Shown: positions 1-11,463, counted from the stretch's first letter. The stretch is DNA of 64,000 nucleotides from Candidatus Methylomirabilia bacterium (GCA_041497895.1 JBGQHJ010000001.1:32001-96000), one strand, 5' to 3'. Program-made: numbers and translations. Notes: generated from the letters alone by a model not told the origin.

Positions 1-960
1 GCCGACGGGTTCTGGAGCGCGGCGGTGGCGCGGGCGCTCGCCGGGGTGGGCTGGGCGGGCACCTACATGACCGGGCTCAAGCTGCTGGCGGACCGGGTCG
101 AGCCCACGCTGATGTCCCGGGCGGTGGCCGGACACGCGGCGAGCATCGGCATCGCGGGCGCGCTCTCCTTCGTGTTCGCGGGTGCGCTCGGCCAGTGGCT
201 CGGGTGGCGCGGCGCGTTCACCGCGGCCGGGCTCGCCGCGGTCACGGCCTGGCTCATCGTGTTTCTCTGGGCTCCGCCGCGGGCGCGCCGCGCCGTCGGT
301 GCGCCGGCCGGCCGGCTCTTCGACTTCCGGCCGGTCCTCCGGAACCGATCCGCCATGGCCTACGCGCTCGCCTACTGCGCCCACACCTGGGAGATGAACT
401 CGCTGCGAGGCTGGGCGGTCGCGTTCCTGGCCTACGTGGTGGCGACCACCGGGGCGGGTCGCCCGTGGATCGCGCCGGCGGTGGTGGCGATGACGATGGG
501 GCTCGTCGGGACGTGGGCCAGCGTGATGGGCAACGAGGCGTCGATCCGCCTCGGGCGCCAGCGCCTGGTGCGCCTGGCCATGACCACGTCCATGGTCTGC
601 GCGGCCGGCGTCGGCTTCCTCGGCGTGCGCTCGTACGCGCTCGCCGCCGCGCTCGTGCTGATCTACGGCCTGCTGATCTGGCTCGACTCCTCCTCGCTCA
701 CCGCGGGCGCGGCGGGCAGCGCCGATCCGGCGCGCCGCGGCGCCACGCTGGCGCTGCACTCGATGGCCGGCTACGGGGGCGGGTTCGTGGGGCCGATCGC
801 GATTGGCTGGATCCTCGACCTCGCGGGCGGCATGTCGCGGCTGGGATGGGGGCTCGCGTTCCTGCACGTGGCGGTGATCGGGCTCCTCGGCCAGCTCGCG
901 TTCATCGTGCTGGCGCCGCGCGACCTGGCGGGCGACCGGAGCCGCGCGGTCGCCCGCTGA
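1..960 (+). CDS. MFS transporter (5' end truncated by window)
   Basis: Multiple hydrophobic TM segments with MFS-like loops (GWRGAF, RLGRQR); frame open from window start to TGA at 958-960. Confidence 0.85.
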   Translation, partial: ADGFWSAAVARALAGVGWAGTYMTGLKLLADRVEPTLMSRAVAGHAASIGIAGALSFVFAGALGQWLGWRGAFTAAGLAAVTAWLIVFLWAPPRARRAVGAPAGRLFDFRPVLRNRSAMAYALAYCAHTWEMNSLRGWAVAFLAYVVATTGAGRPWIAPAVVAMTMGLVGTWASVMGNEASIRLGRQRLVRLAMTTSMVCAAGVGFLGVRSYALAAALVLIYGLLIWLDSSSLTAGAAGSADPARRGATLALHSMAGYGGGFVGPIAIGWILDLAGGMSRLGWGLAFLHVAVIGLLGQLAFIVLAPRDLAGDRSRAVAR

Positions 961-1009
961 CGCTCGTCCGCGGTCCCGGACGCGGGCGCCGTGGCATAAT
1001 CCCGTCGCG

Positions 1010-1857
1010 ATGAAGCCCGCACCCTTCCGCTACGTCCGTCCCGCCACCGCCGCGGAGGCGGTCGCCCTGCTCGCGTCGAGCCCGGGGGAGACGAAGCTGC
1101 TCGCGGGCGGCCAGAGCCTCGTGCCGCTGCTCAACATGCGCCTGGTCCGCCCCGCGGTGCTCGTCGACCTCAACGGCGCGCGCGAGCTCGAGCGGATCGA
1201 CGTCGGGCCGCGCGGCGGACTCGTGCTGGGGGCGCTGGTGCGTCACGCGGACCTGGCGGCCGCGCCGCTCGTGCGCGAGCGGGCGCCGCTGCTCGCCGAG
1301 GCGGCGCGCCACGTGGGCCACCCCGCGATCCGGAACCGGGGCACGCTCGGCGGAAGCCTCGCGCACGCCGACCCGGCGGCGGAGCTACCCGCCGCACTGC
1401 TGGCCCTCGACGCCACCCTCGGCCTGCTGGGACCGCGGGGGATGCGCCGGGTCGCCGTCGCCGACTTCTTCCGCGGGCTCCTCGCCACCGTGCTCGCCGA
1501 CGACGAGCTGCTCGCCGAGGTGACCGTCCCGGCGGCCCCGCGCGGCTGGGGCTTCGGCGAGATCGCGCGCCGCCCCGGCGATTTCGCGCTGGCCGGCGTC
1601 GCGGCCTCGCTCGACGCGGAGGGTCACGCGCGCGTGGTGGGATTCGCCGTGGCGGACCGGCCGGTCCGCCTGCGCGCGGCCGAGGCGCTCGCGGCGGCGG
1701 CCCCGCGCGACGAGACGATCCCGGCGCGCGCGGGGAGGGCGGCCGCCGCGGACTGCGCCCCGGCCGGCGACGTCCACGCCTCGGCGGACTACCGGCGCCA
1801 CCTCGCCACCGTGCTGACCGAGGACGCGCTGCGCGCCGCGGTCGGACGCCTCCGCGC

Positions 1858-1861
<4 letters not shown>
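1010..1861 (+). CDS. Xanthine dehydrogenase/CoxM-family FAD-binding medium subunit
   Basis: MKPAPFRY start; LAGGQSLVPLLNMRL, IRNRGTLGGSLAHADPAAELP, DVHASADYRRHL motifs. Confidence 0.93.
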
Positions 1862-2357
<496 letters not shown>

Positions 2358-2361
<4 letters not shown>

Positions 2362-4760
2362 GCGAGCCCGGCGGCGGCTGGGTCGGCGTCGCGCTGCCGC
2401 TCAAGGAGGACGCGCGCCTGGTCGCCGGGCGCGGCCGATTCCTGGACGACCTCGGCCGCCCGCGCCTGCTCCACGCGGCCATGCTCCGGAGCCCGCACGC
2501 CCACGCGCGCATCGTGCGCCTGGACGCGAGCGCGGCCGCCACGATGCCCGGCGTCCTGGCCGTCCTCACCGGGGCCGACGCGGCGGCCCGCTCGGGGCCG
2601 ATCCGGCCGCTCATCCCCACCACCGCCGCGGTGCCCGATCACTGCCTGGCGGTGGACCGCGTGCGCTACGTGGGCGAGCCGGTCGCGGCGGTGGCCGCGG
2701 TCGACCGCGCTACCGCCGAGGACGCGCTCGAGCGCATCCGCGTCGAGTACGCGCCGCTGCCCGCGGTCGTCGATCCGGAGGCCGCGATGCGGCTGGACGC
2801 GCCGCTGCTCTACCCCGCGCTCGGCACCAACGTGGTCTGGCACGACGCGCTCACCTACGGCGACGTGGACGGCGCGCTGGCCCGGGCCGACGGGGTCCTG
2901 CGCGAGCGCTTCGCCATCCAGCGCTACGCCTCGACCCCGCTCGAGACCTTCGGGGCCATCGCGGAGTACGACGCGGGCACCGACGCCTTCGAGTTCTGGA
3001 CCAACGACCAGCGCCCGGGGCTCACCATCTCGATCCTGGCCGCCTCGCTCGGCGTGCCCCAGTCGCGCGTGCGCCTGCACTGCCCCGACATCGGCGGGGC
3101 CTTCGGCAACAAGCGGCGGCCGGCCTACCTCCTGGTCTGCGCGCTGCTGGCCCGCGCGGCCGGCCGGCCGGTGAAGTGGATCGAGGACCGCATCGAGAAC
3201 CTCACCGCGCTGATGCACGCCTGCAACGGAGTGATGGACGTCGAGCTCGCCTACCGGGCCGACGGCACCCTGCTCGCGCTGAGCGTCCGCGACGTCGCGG
3301 ACGAGGGCAAGAACCTGCTCACCCCGACCCAGCACAACCTGATCAAGCTCGGCAACATCGTCAACGGCTACCGGATCCCGGCGGTGCGGTACGAGGCGTG
3401 GTCGGTCCTCACCAACAAGTGCCCGAGTGGGGCCAACCGGGGCATCGGCAAGCCGTTCATGTGCTTCGCGGTCGAGCGGGCCATGACGCTGCTGGCCCGG
3501 CGGCTGGACCTCGATCCGGCGGAGCTGCGCCTCCGCAACTACGTCACCGCCGACCAGATGCCCTACACCACCCCGACGGGAGCCGAGTACGACAGCGGGG
3601 ACTACCCGGCCACGCTGCGCTTGGCGCTCGACCGCTTCGACTACGCGGGCTGGCGGACGGAGCAGGCCCACGCGCGCGCCGAGGGACGCCTGCTCGGCAT
3701 CGGCATCGCGACCTCGGTGGAGCCGGCGGGCACCAACCTCGCCTCCTACGAGCTGGTGACCGGGCGGCGCGCCGCGTCGGGCTCGGCGGAGGCGGCGATG
3801 GTGCGGGTGGAGCCCGACGGGCAGGTGCGGGTGAGTCTGGGCGACCCGTCGAGCGGCCAGGGCTACGAGACGGTGGTGGCGCAGATCGTGGCCGACGAGC
3901 TGGGGGTGACCCCGGAGGCGGTCAGCGTCGCCCGCGGCTTCGACTCGGCGACCACGCCCTGGCTCTACCTCTCCGGGAACTACTCCAACAAGTTCTCGGT
4001 GACCGACGTGGGCGCGGTGGTGGGCGCGGCCGCGCGGGTGCGCGCCAAGCTGCTGCGGATCGCCGCGCATCGCCTGGAGATCGACGTGGCCGACCTCGAG
4101 CTGCGTGACGGCGCCGCGGTCGTACGCGGCGCGCCGGACCGGCGGCTCGCCATCGCGGAGCTGGCCCGTACCGCCTACGCCGACGTGCTGGGCCTGCCGC
4201 CCGGGGAGGACCCGGGCCTGGAGGCGCACCACATCCACCAGAACCCGCTCGCCCGGCCGGTCGACGCGAACCGACGCGTGCGCTCGCAGCTCGTGTTCGC
4301 CAATGCGGCCCACTGCTGCCTCGTCGAGATCGATCCCCGCACCGGCGGGATCACGCTGCGGAAGTACGTGGTGGTCCACGACTGCGGTCGCGAGCTCAAC
4401 CCCCTGATCGTCGAGGGCATGGTGCACGGGTCCACGGTGCACGGCATCGGCGCCGCGCTCCTCGAGGAGTTCCGCTACGACGAGGCCGGCCAGCTTCTCA
4501 CGTCGACCTTCATGGACTACCTCAAACCCACCGCGGCCGACGTGCCCACCATCGAGGTCGACCGGCTCGAGCACCCGTCGCCGGTCACGCCGCTCGGCGC
4601 CAAGGGCGTGGGGGAGGGCGGCTCGATCCCGGGTCCGGCCGCGGTCGCCAACGCGGTCGAGGACGCGCTCGCGCACCTGGGGGTCGTGGTGCGCTCGCTG
4701 CCGATCACGCCGGAGCAGGTCTGGCGCTGGCTGAGCGCGTCCGGGCCGGGCGGGCCATGA
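2358..4760 (+). CDS. Xanthine dehydrogenase-family molybdopterin-binding large subunit (CoxL-like, not form I CODH)
   Basis: GTG start overlapping coxS-like stop; RSPHAHARI, IGGAFGNK, GQGYET, VVHDCG, GAKGVGEGG motifs. Confidence 0.92.
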
Positions 4761-5773
4761 CGGCGGCCGGGCGGTGGCTCGCGCGGCGCCACTTCCTCGG
4801 CACGCTCGGCGTCCTCGCCCTCTCCGCGCCGGCCATCGGGAGAGCGCAGCCCGCGGGCCGCACCCCGCACGTCGCGGTGCTCGACCCCGGCAGTGCCACC
4901 GAGGCGCCCGCGGTGCAGCGCGCGCCGTTCGAGCGCGGACTCCGCGAGCTGGGCTGGCTGCCCGGCGCGACGGTCGTGATCGAGTACGTGTACGGCGACG
5001 GGAGCGCCAGCCAGCTCACGGCGGTGGTCGCCGACCTGGTCCAGCGGAGCGTCGAGGTCATCGTGGCGCGCGGCCCGGTGGCCATCCGCGCCGCCCGCGC
5101 GGCGACCGCCACCGTCCCGATCGTGATGTCGGCGGCCGACGATCCGATCGCCGATGGCTTCGTCGCCACCCTCGCCCGCCCGGGCGGCAACGTGACCGGC
5201 ATCGCCGACATCGTCTCGGACCTGGACGCCAAGCGCCTCGAGCTGCTCCAGGAGGCGATCCCCGGGCTCGCGCGCGTCGCGGTCCTGACGAATCCGACCA
5301 TGCGGCCCGGCCGCAACCGCGAGCTGATCGCGGGGCTCCTCGCCGCCGCGCGTGGGCGGCGCATCGAGCTGCAGATCTTCGAGGTCACCCGCACGGAGGA
5401 GATCGCGGGGGCCTTCGCCGCCATCGGTAGAGCCCGGGTGGGTGCACTGCTGGTGCGGGCCGACAGTCAGGTCCTCGAGCCCAACCGCTCCATGCTCGTC
5501 GTGATGGCGATCCGGCACGGGTTGCCCGCGATGTACCCGTGGCACTTCTACGCGGAGCTGGGCGGGCTCATGTCGTACGCGAGCAGCATCGCCGGCCTTC
5601 ACCAGCGAGCCGCGATGTACGTGGACCGCATCCTGAAGGGCGCGCGGCCGGCCGACCTGCCCGTGGAGCGCCCGATGACGTTCGAGCTGATGATCAACCT
5701 GAAGACCGCCGGGCTGATGGGGCTCACCCTCCCGCCGTCGCTGCTGGCCCGGGCCGACGAGGTCATCCAGTAG
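4757..5773 (+). CDS. ABC transporter substrate-binding protein (ABC_sub_bind type)
   Basis: Tat-like ARRHFL signal; LARPGGNVTG, GGLMSY, YVDRILKGARPADLPVERP, INLKTA motifs. Confidence 0.9.
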   Translation: MTAAGRWLARRHFLGTLGVLALSAPAIGRAQPAGRTPHVAVLDPGSATEAPAVQRAPFERGLRELGWLPGATVVIEYVYGDGSASQLTAVVADLVQRSVEVIVARGPVAIRAARAATATVPIVMSAADDPIADGFVATLARPGGNVTGIADIVSDLDAKRLELLQEAIPGLARVAVLTNPTMRPGRNRELIAGLLAAARGRRIELQIFEVTRTEEIAGAFAAIGRARVGALLVRADSQVLEPNRSMLVVMAIRHGLPAMYPWHFYAELGGLMSYASSIAGLHQRAAMYVDRILKGARPADLPVERPMTFELMINLKTAGLMGLTLPPSLLARADEVIQ

Positions 5774-5799
5774 CGGCCCCGGGGCCGGCGCGCGCGGAG

Positions 5800-6690
5800 T
5801 CAGATCCGAGGAGTCAGGGTGATCGCGGTCTCGAGCGTCGCGCCCGGATCGATGACCTGCCGGCCGGTGTCCGCGCGCCCCGCGTCGGCCAGGTTGAAGG
5901 CGTCGGTCACGTGGCTGACCGGCTCCGCGCAGAAGAAGGGTCGGCCCGGCGGGGCGAAGATCACCAGGTAGTCGAGCGGCGGCCGGGCGGTCATGGCGAG
6001 GCTCGCGCCGCTTTCGGGCCACTCGATGATCGCGCGACGGGTCCAGCCCACGAAGCAGTGGTCGAGGGCCACCGTGTCCACCGCCACCCCGCGCGACGGG
6101 TCGGCGGGAGCCGTCGGCGAGGCCAGCGCGGTCGGCATCATCTCCTCGTCGGTCAGCCAGACCGCGCGGACGGTGGCGGTGATCGTCGCGCGCGGCGTGC
6201 GGGGGAAGTACGGGTGCCAGCCGAGCCCGGCCGGCATCGGGGCGTCGCCCTCGTTGGTGAGGGTCAGCGCCACCGTGAGGCTCGTGGGCGTGAGGGCGAA
6301 GTGCTGGGTCGCGCGGTATGGCCACGGCCAGTCCGAGGCGGCATGGCGACACTCGAGCCGTGCCTCGGCCGGCCCCACGTGGACGGAGCGCCAGGCCGAT
6401 TGCCAGCCGTGGCCGTGAATGGCGTGGCGCTCCGGCGGCCGGTTCAGCGGCAGCACGACGGCGCGGTTGCGAAAGGTGAAGCGACCCTCGCGGATACGAT
6501 TGGAGTAGGGCACGAGCGGGAAGGCGGAGGCGAGATCGGGATGGCGGTCGCGCCCCGCGTCCGCCGGCATCGGGCGCAGCCACTCCCACGTCGTGCCGTC
6601 GCGCTCGAGCCAGTAGCGGGTGACCGCGCCCCCGAACGCCGGCGCGACGGTGAGGCCGACGCCGTCCGCCCGCAGGGTGATCAGCTCCAT
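5800..6690 (-). CDS. Aldose 1-epimerase family protein
   Basis: FPLVPYSNRI, HAIHGHGW, GLGWHPYF, FFCAEPVSH motifs. Confidence 0.9.
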   Translation of the reverse strand: MELITLRADGVGLTVAPAFGGAVTRYWLERDGTTWEWLRPMPADAGRDRHPDLASAFPLVPYSNRIREGRFTFRNRAVVLPLNRPPERHAIHGHGWQSAWRSVHVGPAEARLECRHAASDWPWPYRATQHFALTPTSLTVALTLTNEGDAPMPAGLGWHPYFPRTPRATITATVRAVWLTDEEMMPTALASPTAPADPSRGVAVDTVALDHCFVGWTRRAIIEWPESGASLAMTARPPLDYLVIFAPPGRPFFCAEPVSHVTDAFNLADAGRADTGRQVIDPGATLETAITLTPRI

Positions 6691-6717
6691 CGCGCGCGCC
6701 GGCGAGACCCGGCTCGG

Positions 6718-7422
6718 CTACTCTTCCACCGCCCCGCCGATGGATCGCAGGTGCTCGCGGAAGCCGTAGGCGGGATCCATCGCCCGCCGCGCCAGGTATT
6801 GCTTGAACGCGGTCAGCTCCCGCAGGCTCCGGCCGCCGCGCATGTCGTCGGCCTGTCGCCGCTCCGTCGTGCGCACGACCTCGGGGGCGGCCACGATCTC
6901 GGCCAGCCGGTCGCCCGGGAGGAAGATGGCGCCATCCGCGTCGGCCACCACGACGTCGTCCGGACCGACCATGAAGGTGCCCACGGCGGCCCGCTCGAGG
7001 CAGTCCGGAGGTCGCCGGTCGAGCCGCCGCGGTCCGGTCGAGAGCGCCCCGAGCGAGAAGCAGGGGAGCCCGATCTCCACGAGCTCGGTCGTATCCCGGT
7101 GCAGTCCCCAGATCACGATGCCGGCGAGGCCCGCCATCTTGACCTCCAGGGCCACGAGATCGCCGACGCACGCCTCGTCGAGCCGTCCGCCGTTGTCGAC
7201 GACGAGCACCTGCCCGGGCGCGGCCGTCTCGAGGGCTTCGAGGAAGATGTCCACGCTGCCGACGTGGCGCGCCGGGCGCACGCGCCCCGCGCACCGCGTG
7301 CCCGGCGCGATCGGCCGCACGCCCGCCGGCGCGCACCGGACGGGAACGCCGGTCCGGAGACAGCCGTCGGCCAGGTGCGGGGTGCTGAGGTGACCCAACG
7401 ATCCGACCAGCGGCGTGTCCAT
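6718..7422 (-). CDS. RraA / HMG aldolase family protein
   Basis: LSTPHLAD, GQVLVVDNGG, ACVGDL, GLHRD, DVVVADADG motifs; start set at ATG 7422. Confidence 0.85.
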   Translation of the reverse strand: MDTPLVGSLGHLSTPHLADGCLRTGVPVRCAPAGVRPIAPGTRCAGRVRPARHVGSVDIFLEALETAAPGQVLVVDNGGRLDEACVGDLVALEVKMAGLAGIVIWGLHRDTTELVEIGLPCFSLGALSTGPRRLDRRPPDCLERAAVGTFMVGPDDVVVADADGAIFLPGDRLAEIVAAPEVVRTTERRQADDMRGGRSLRELTAFKQYLARRAMDPAYGFREHLRSIGGAVEE

Positions 7423-7520
7423 CGGCGCGTTCCTCGATTGTATTCTAGTCTCGTGCCGACGCCCGGCGCGCGACATTCACCTCGATCGATGCTCACTCGC
7501 GTGGGCGCGGGAGGGCGCTC

Positions 7521-8288
7521 ATGGTCCGCTACGCCTCGTATCCCAGCCTGGAAGATCGCGTCGTCTTCGTGACCGGCGGCGGCAGCGGCATCGGCGCCTC
7601 CGTCGTCGAGCACCTGTGCGCCCAGCGGGCCCGCGTCGCCTTCGTGGACATCCAGCGCGAGGCCTCCGAGGCGCTCGTGGCGCGCATCGCCGCGCGCGGG
7701 CTCCCGGTGCCGACCTTCGTTCCGTGCGACCTGCGGGACATCGCGGCCCTGCGCGCGGCGGTGGCCCAGGCCGAGGCGCGGCTCGGAGCCGTCCGCGTCC
7801 TGGTCAACAACGCCGCGCACGACGAGCGCCACGCGATCGAGGCGGTGACGCCCGAGTACTGGGACGATCGCTTCGCGGTGAACCTGCGGCACCAGTTCTT
7901 CGCCGCGCAGGCCGTCGTGCCCGCGATGGCCGCCGCCGGGGGCGGGTCCATCATCAATTTCGGGTCGACGTCGTGGCTGGTGGGGCAGGGTGGCATGCCG
8001 GCCTACCTGAGCGCGAAGGCCGCCGTCGCCGGGCTCACCCGGGCCCTCGCCCGGGATCTCGGGCCCCGGGGCATCCGCGTCAACAGCATCGTCCCGGGCT
8101 GGATCATGACCGAGCGGCAGATCACCCTCTGGCTGACCCCCGAGGGCGAGGAAGAGCTGATGCGCCGCCAGTGTCTCAAGCGGAAGCTCGTGCCCGAGGA
8201 CATCGCGCGCGTCGTCCTCTTCCTGGCCGCCGACGACAGCGACGCCTGCACCAACCAGAGCTACGTGGTCGACGGCGGCTGGGTCTAG
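7521..8288 (+). CDS. SDR oxidoreductase resembling NAD-dependent D-xylose 1-dehydrogenase (Caulobacter XylB type)
   Basis: YPSLEDRVVFVTGGGSGIG, VNNAAHDERH, VNLRHQFF, YxxxK (YLSAK), RQCLKRKLVPED. Confidence 0.8.
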   Translation: MVRYASYPSLEDRVVFVTGGGSGIGASVVEHLCAQRARVAFVDIQREASEALVARIAARGLPVPTFVPCDLRDIAALRAAVAQAEARLGAVRVLVNNAAHDERHAIEAVTPEYWDDRFAVNLRHQFFAAQAVVPAMAAAGGGSIINFGSTSWLVGQGGMPAYLSAKAAVAGLTRALARDLGPRGIRVNSIVPGWIMTERQITLWLTPEGEEELMRRQCLKRKLVPEDIARVVLFLAADDSDACTNQSYVVDGGWV

Positions 8289-8401
8289 CCGCGGCCGACC
8301 GTCGCGACCCGGCCCCACCCTGGGGCCCCCCCGCCCCACTCCCAACCGCCCGGGCCGGCCAGGCCCGACCAGAACCCGCCGGATTCGTTGAGGTCCACGC
8401 C

Positions 8402-8417
8402 TGGCATTCACGTTGCT
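8402..8417 (+). promoter_or_regulatory. Putative sigma-54 (-24/-12) promoter of the usp gene
   Basis: TGGCATTCACGTTGCT = GG-N10-GC with TGGCA and TTGC consensus, ~55 nt before ATG 8473 (RBS GGAGG). Confidence 0.6.
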
Positions 8418-8472
8418 CCTGCATCCGTCAGGTGAGGGGCGGCGCGTCCAGCCCCCGGGAGGATCGTGATCC

Positions 8473-8916
8473 ATGGTGAAGCGAATCCTGATGCCGGTCG
8501 ACCGTTCCCCTCGCGCGGATGCCGTGGCCGCCATCGTGGCCGACACCGCCCTCGGGGCCCACGCCAAGGTGCGCCTGCTCCACGTGGCCCCGGTGCCCTC
8601 GGCGGTCCAGGACACCGCCGGCCGCATCGTGGTCTACGCGGACCAGGAGCTGGCGAGCGTCAACAGCCGCGGCCTCGACTTCCTGCACGCGCTCGAGAGC
8701 CACTTCCCGGGCGTGGAGGTGGAGTGCGTGGTGCGCTTCGGCGACCCGGTGACGCAGATCCTGGAGGAGGCGGACACCTTCGGCGCCGACCTGGTCGTGG
8801 TGGGCACCGGCGGGCGGAGCGGCATCGGTCGCACCCTCATGGGCAGCGTGGCCGAGAAGGTCTTCGACCGCGCCACGGTGCCGGTGATGCTGGTGCGGCC
8901 TGCCGCGGCGGCCTAG
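8473..8916 (+). CDS. Universal stress protein (UspA family)
   Basis: RILMPVD start; GDPVTQI, ADLVVVGTGGRSG, MGSVAEKV...PVMLVR. Confidence 0.92.
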   Translation: MVKRILMPVDRSPRADAVAAIVADTALGAHAKVRLLHVAPVPSAVQDTAGRIVVYADQELASVNSRGLDFLHALESHFPGVEVECVVRFGDPVTQILEEADTFGADLVVVGTGGRSGIGRTLMGSVAEKVFDRATVPVMLVRPAAAA

Positions 8917-9719
8917 TCGCTCGCTCGAGCCGCGCGGCCCGGGGTGAGGGCCGCGGTCGTTCGCATGACCTGCTCGTAGTAGTCGAGGTGGCGGAGGCCG
9001 GCGGCGGCCTCGCGGTCGAGCAGGACCGTCACCTGCGGGTGTAGCTGGAGGGCGGAGGCGGTGACCGACGCGGTCACCGGGCCCTCGACCGCCCGCGCGA
9101 CCGCCTCGCGCTTCGCGGCGCCCGAGCCCAGCAGGAGAATCTGCCGCGCCTCCAGGATCGTGCCGATGCCCATGGTGATCCCGCACTCGGGCACCCGCTC
9201 GCCCTCCCCGAAGCCGCGGCGCGCGTCCTCGATCGTGGCGCGAGTGAGCGTCTTGACCCGCGTCCGCGAGGCGAGGCTCGACGTCGGCTCGTTGAAGCCG
9301 ACGTGGCCGTCGCGGCCGATGCCCAGCACCTGGAGATCGATGCCCCCCGCGCGCGCGATCATCCGCTCGTACTCCGCGCAGTAGCCCTCGACGTCGTCGG
9401 CCACCGTGCCGTCCGGGACGTGGATCCGCGCGGCCGGGATGTTCACGTGATCGAAGAGGGCCTCCCGCATGAAGCGGTGGAAGCTCCGGGGGTGCGACGG
9501 GTCAAGCCCGAGGTACTCGTCCAGGTTGAAGGTGGTCACCCGGGAGAGGTCGAGCCCCTCCTCGCGATGGAACCGGATCAGCTCGCGATACATCCCGAGC
9601 GGCGTGCCGCCCGCCGCGAGCCCCAGGGTGATCGCCGGCTTCTCGCGGACGCGGTGGGCCACGATGCGCGCGGCCTCCCGGTCGAGCGCGGGAGCGTCCG
9701 CCACCAGGACTACGAGCAT
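8913..9719 (-). CDS. nagB: Glucosamine-6-phosphate deaminase
   Basis: TLGLAAGGTP, TFNLDEYLGL, GGIDLQVLGIGRDGHVGFNEP, ITMGIGTI, ASALQLHP. Confidence 0.93.
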   Translation of the reverse strand: MLVVLVADAPALDREAARIVAHRVREKPAITLGLAAGGTPLGMYRELIRFHREEGLDLSRVTTFNLDEYLGLDPSHPRSFHRFMREALFDHVNIPAARIHVPDGTVADDVEGYCAEYERMIARAGGIDLQVLGIGRDGHVGFNEPTSSLASRTRVKTLTRATIEDARRGFGEGERVPECGITMGIGTILEARQILLLGSGAAKREAVARAVEGPVTASVTASALQLHPQVTVLLDREAAAGLRHLDYYEQVMRTTAALTPGRAARASD

Positions 9720-9770
9720 CGGCCTCCCGCGGGCCCGGGCGCGGCGGTCACCGGATCGAGCCGGCGCGGA

Positions 9771-10613
9771 TCAGGGCCGATAGAACGGCCGGTCGCCCTT
9801 CACGGTCACGCGATGGCCGTGGCGACGCTGCGGGAAGTAGTCCCACATCGCGTGGTGCTGGGCGCAGCGGTTGTCCCAGAACGCCACCGAGTTCACCCGC
9901 CAGCGGAAGCGGCACTGGAACTCGGGCGTCTCCACGTGCTGGTAGAGGAATCCGAGCACCGCGGCGCTCTCGCTCCGGCTCAGCTGGACGATCCGCGTCG
10001 TGAAGGTGCGGTTGACGAAGAGCGCCTTGCGGCCCGAGACCGGGTGGGTGCGGATGACCGGGTGCTCGGCCTCCGGGAACTGCTTGCCCTCGTCCTTCAC
10101 GCCGTACCGGCCGCGGTAGACGTGCTCGCCGCGGTGGATGGCGGTCATGCCCTCCAGCAGGCGCTTCATGGGGTCGGAGAGCCCCTCGTAGGCCGCGTAC
10201 ATGCTGGCGAACAGGGTGTCGCCTCCGACCGGCGGCAGCTCGTGCATATAGAGGATGCTGCCCATCGGCGGCTCGGGGTCGCAGGAGACGTCGGAGTGCC
10301 AGTTCTCGCCCGCGACGTGCTTGGACTTCTCGTCCGCGTGGACCACCAGGATCTCGGGGTGCCCCTCCACCAGCCCGGGCGCGGCCGGATGCACGGCCAG
10401 CTCGCCGAACAGGCGGCCGAAGGCTTTCTGCTGCACCGGGGTGAGGTGCTGGTCCCGGAAGAAGATCACCTGGTTCTCGATGAGCGCGCCGTGCACCTGC
10501 TTGAAGGTGGGCTCGTCGAGCGGGCCCGAGAGGTCGACTCCGTGCACCTCCGCGCCGATGTGGGGCGTGAGCTTCTCGATGGTCAGGCCCCGCTCTCCTC
10601 CTGGATCTCTCAT
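9771..10613 (-). CDS. TauD/TfdA family 2-oxoglutarate/Fe(II) dioxygenase
   Basis: WHSDVS (HxD), GGDTLFASM, HPVIRTHPVSGRK, WDNRCAQHHA. Confidence 0.92.
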   Translation of the reverse strand: MRDPGGERGLTIEKLTPHIGAEVHGVDLSGPLDEPTFKQVHGALIENQVIFFRDQHLTPVQQKAFGRLFGELAVHPAAPGLVEGHPEILVVHADEKSKHVAGENWHSDVSCDPEPPMGSILYMHELPPVGGDTLFASMYAAYEGLSDPMKRLLEGMTAIHRGEHVYRGRYGVKDEGKQFPEAEHPVIRTHPVSGRKALFVNRTFTTRIVQLSRSESAAVLGFLYQHVETPEFQCRFRWRVNSVAFWDNRCAQHHAMWDYFPQRRHGHRVTVKGDRPFYRP

Positions 10614-10713
10614 GGCCGCCTCCCGTGGGCCCGATCCTGCCCCGCACTCGTCGCCGCGTCAAGCGCCCTCGGAATGCATCGACAACGCGGCCTCGATCGT
10701 AGTAGAGAGGGGC

Positions 10714-11397
10714 ATGACGACCTACGTGCTGGTCCACGGGGCGTACCAGGGCGGCTGGATCTGGAAGCCGGTGGTCGAGCGGTTGCGCGGAGCCGGCCAT
10801 CTCGTCTACGCGCCCACCCTCGACGGCTGCGCCGAGCGGCAGGACCAGGTCCGGCCGGGCATCACGGTGGGCACCCACGCCCGCGAGATCGCGCGGCTGC
10901 TCTTCTACGAGGACCTGCGCGACGTCGTGCTGGTCGGCACCAGCTCCGGCGGCATGGTCATCTGCCGGGCCGCCGAGCTCGCGGGCGAGCGCCTGGGCCG
11001 CCTCGTGTTCGTGGACGCCCTGGCCCTCATGCCCGGGGAGCGGGTCGCGGACATCGTGAGCCGCCCGGCCGGCGACGTGACCGACGTGACCATCGCCCCC
11101 ACCCGGGCGGACGCGGAGGGGCGCATGTTCGCCGACCTCGAGTCGGCCACCCGGGTCTGGGCTCTCGCGCGCTACACCCCGCATCCGATCGCGGCCCTGG
11201 AGGCGCCGATGGAGCTGACCACGTTCTGGGATCGCGCGTGGACGGTCTCGGTGATCCGCTGCCGGCGCGCCCGCAACCCTCCCGAGGCCCACCAGCGCCG
11301 GACCGCGGAGCGGCTCAAGGCCCAGTACGCCGAGCTCGACACCGGACACTACCCGATGCTCAGCCAGCCCGACGAGCTGGTGCGCCTGCTCGGCTGA
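10714..11397 (+). CDS. Alpha/beta-fold hydrolase (esterase-like)
   Basis: YVLVHGAYQGGWIW, GTSSGG nucleophile elbow, TGHYPML. Confidence 0.88.
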   Translation: MTTYVLVHGAYQGGWIWKPVVERLRGAGHLVYAPTLDGCAERQDQVRPGITVGTHAREIARLLFYEDLRDVVLVGTSSGGMVICRAAELAGERLGRLVFVDALALMPGERVADIVSRPAGDVTDVTIAPTRADAEGRMFADLESATRVWALARYTPHPIAALEAPMELTTFWDRAWTVSVIRCRRARNPPEAHQRRTAERLKAQYAELDTGHYPMLSQPDELVRLLG

Positions 11398-11463
11398 GGC
11401 GGGGCCGGAAGATTTCCCTCGAGTTCCCGGCCCCCCCGGCCGATGAAGGAGCGGGAGGGGACC

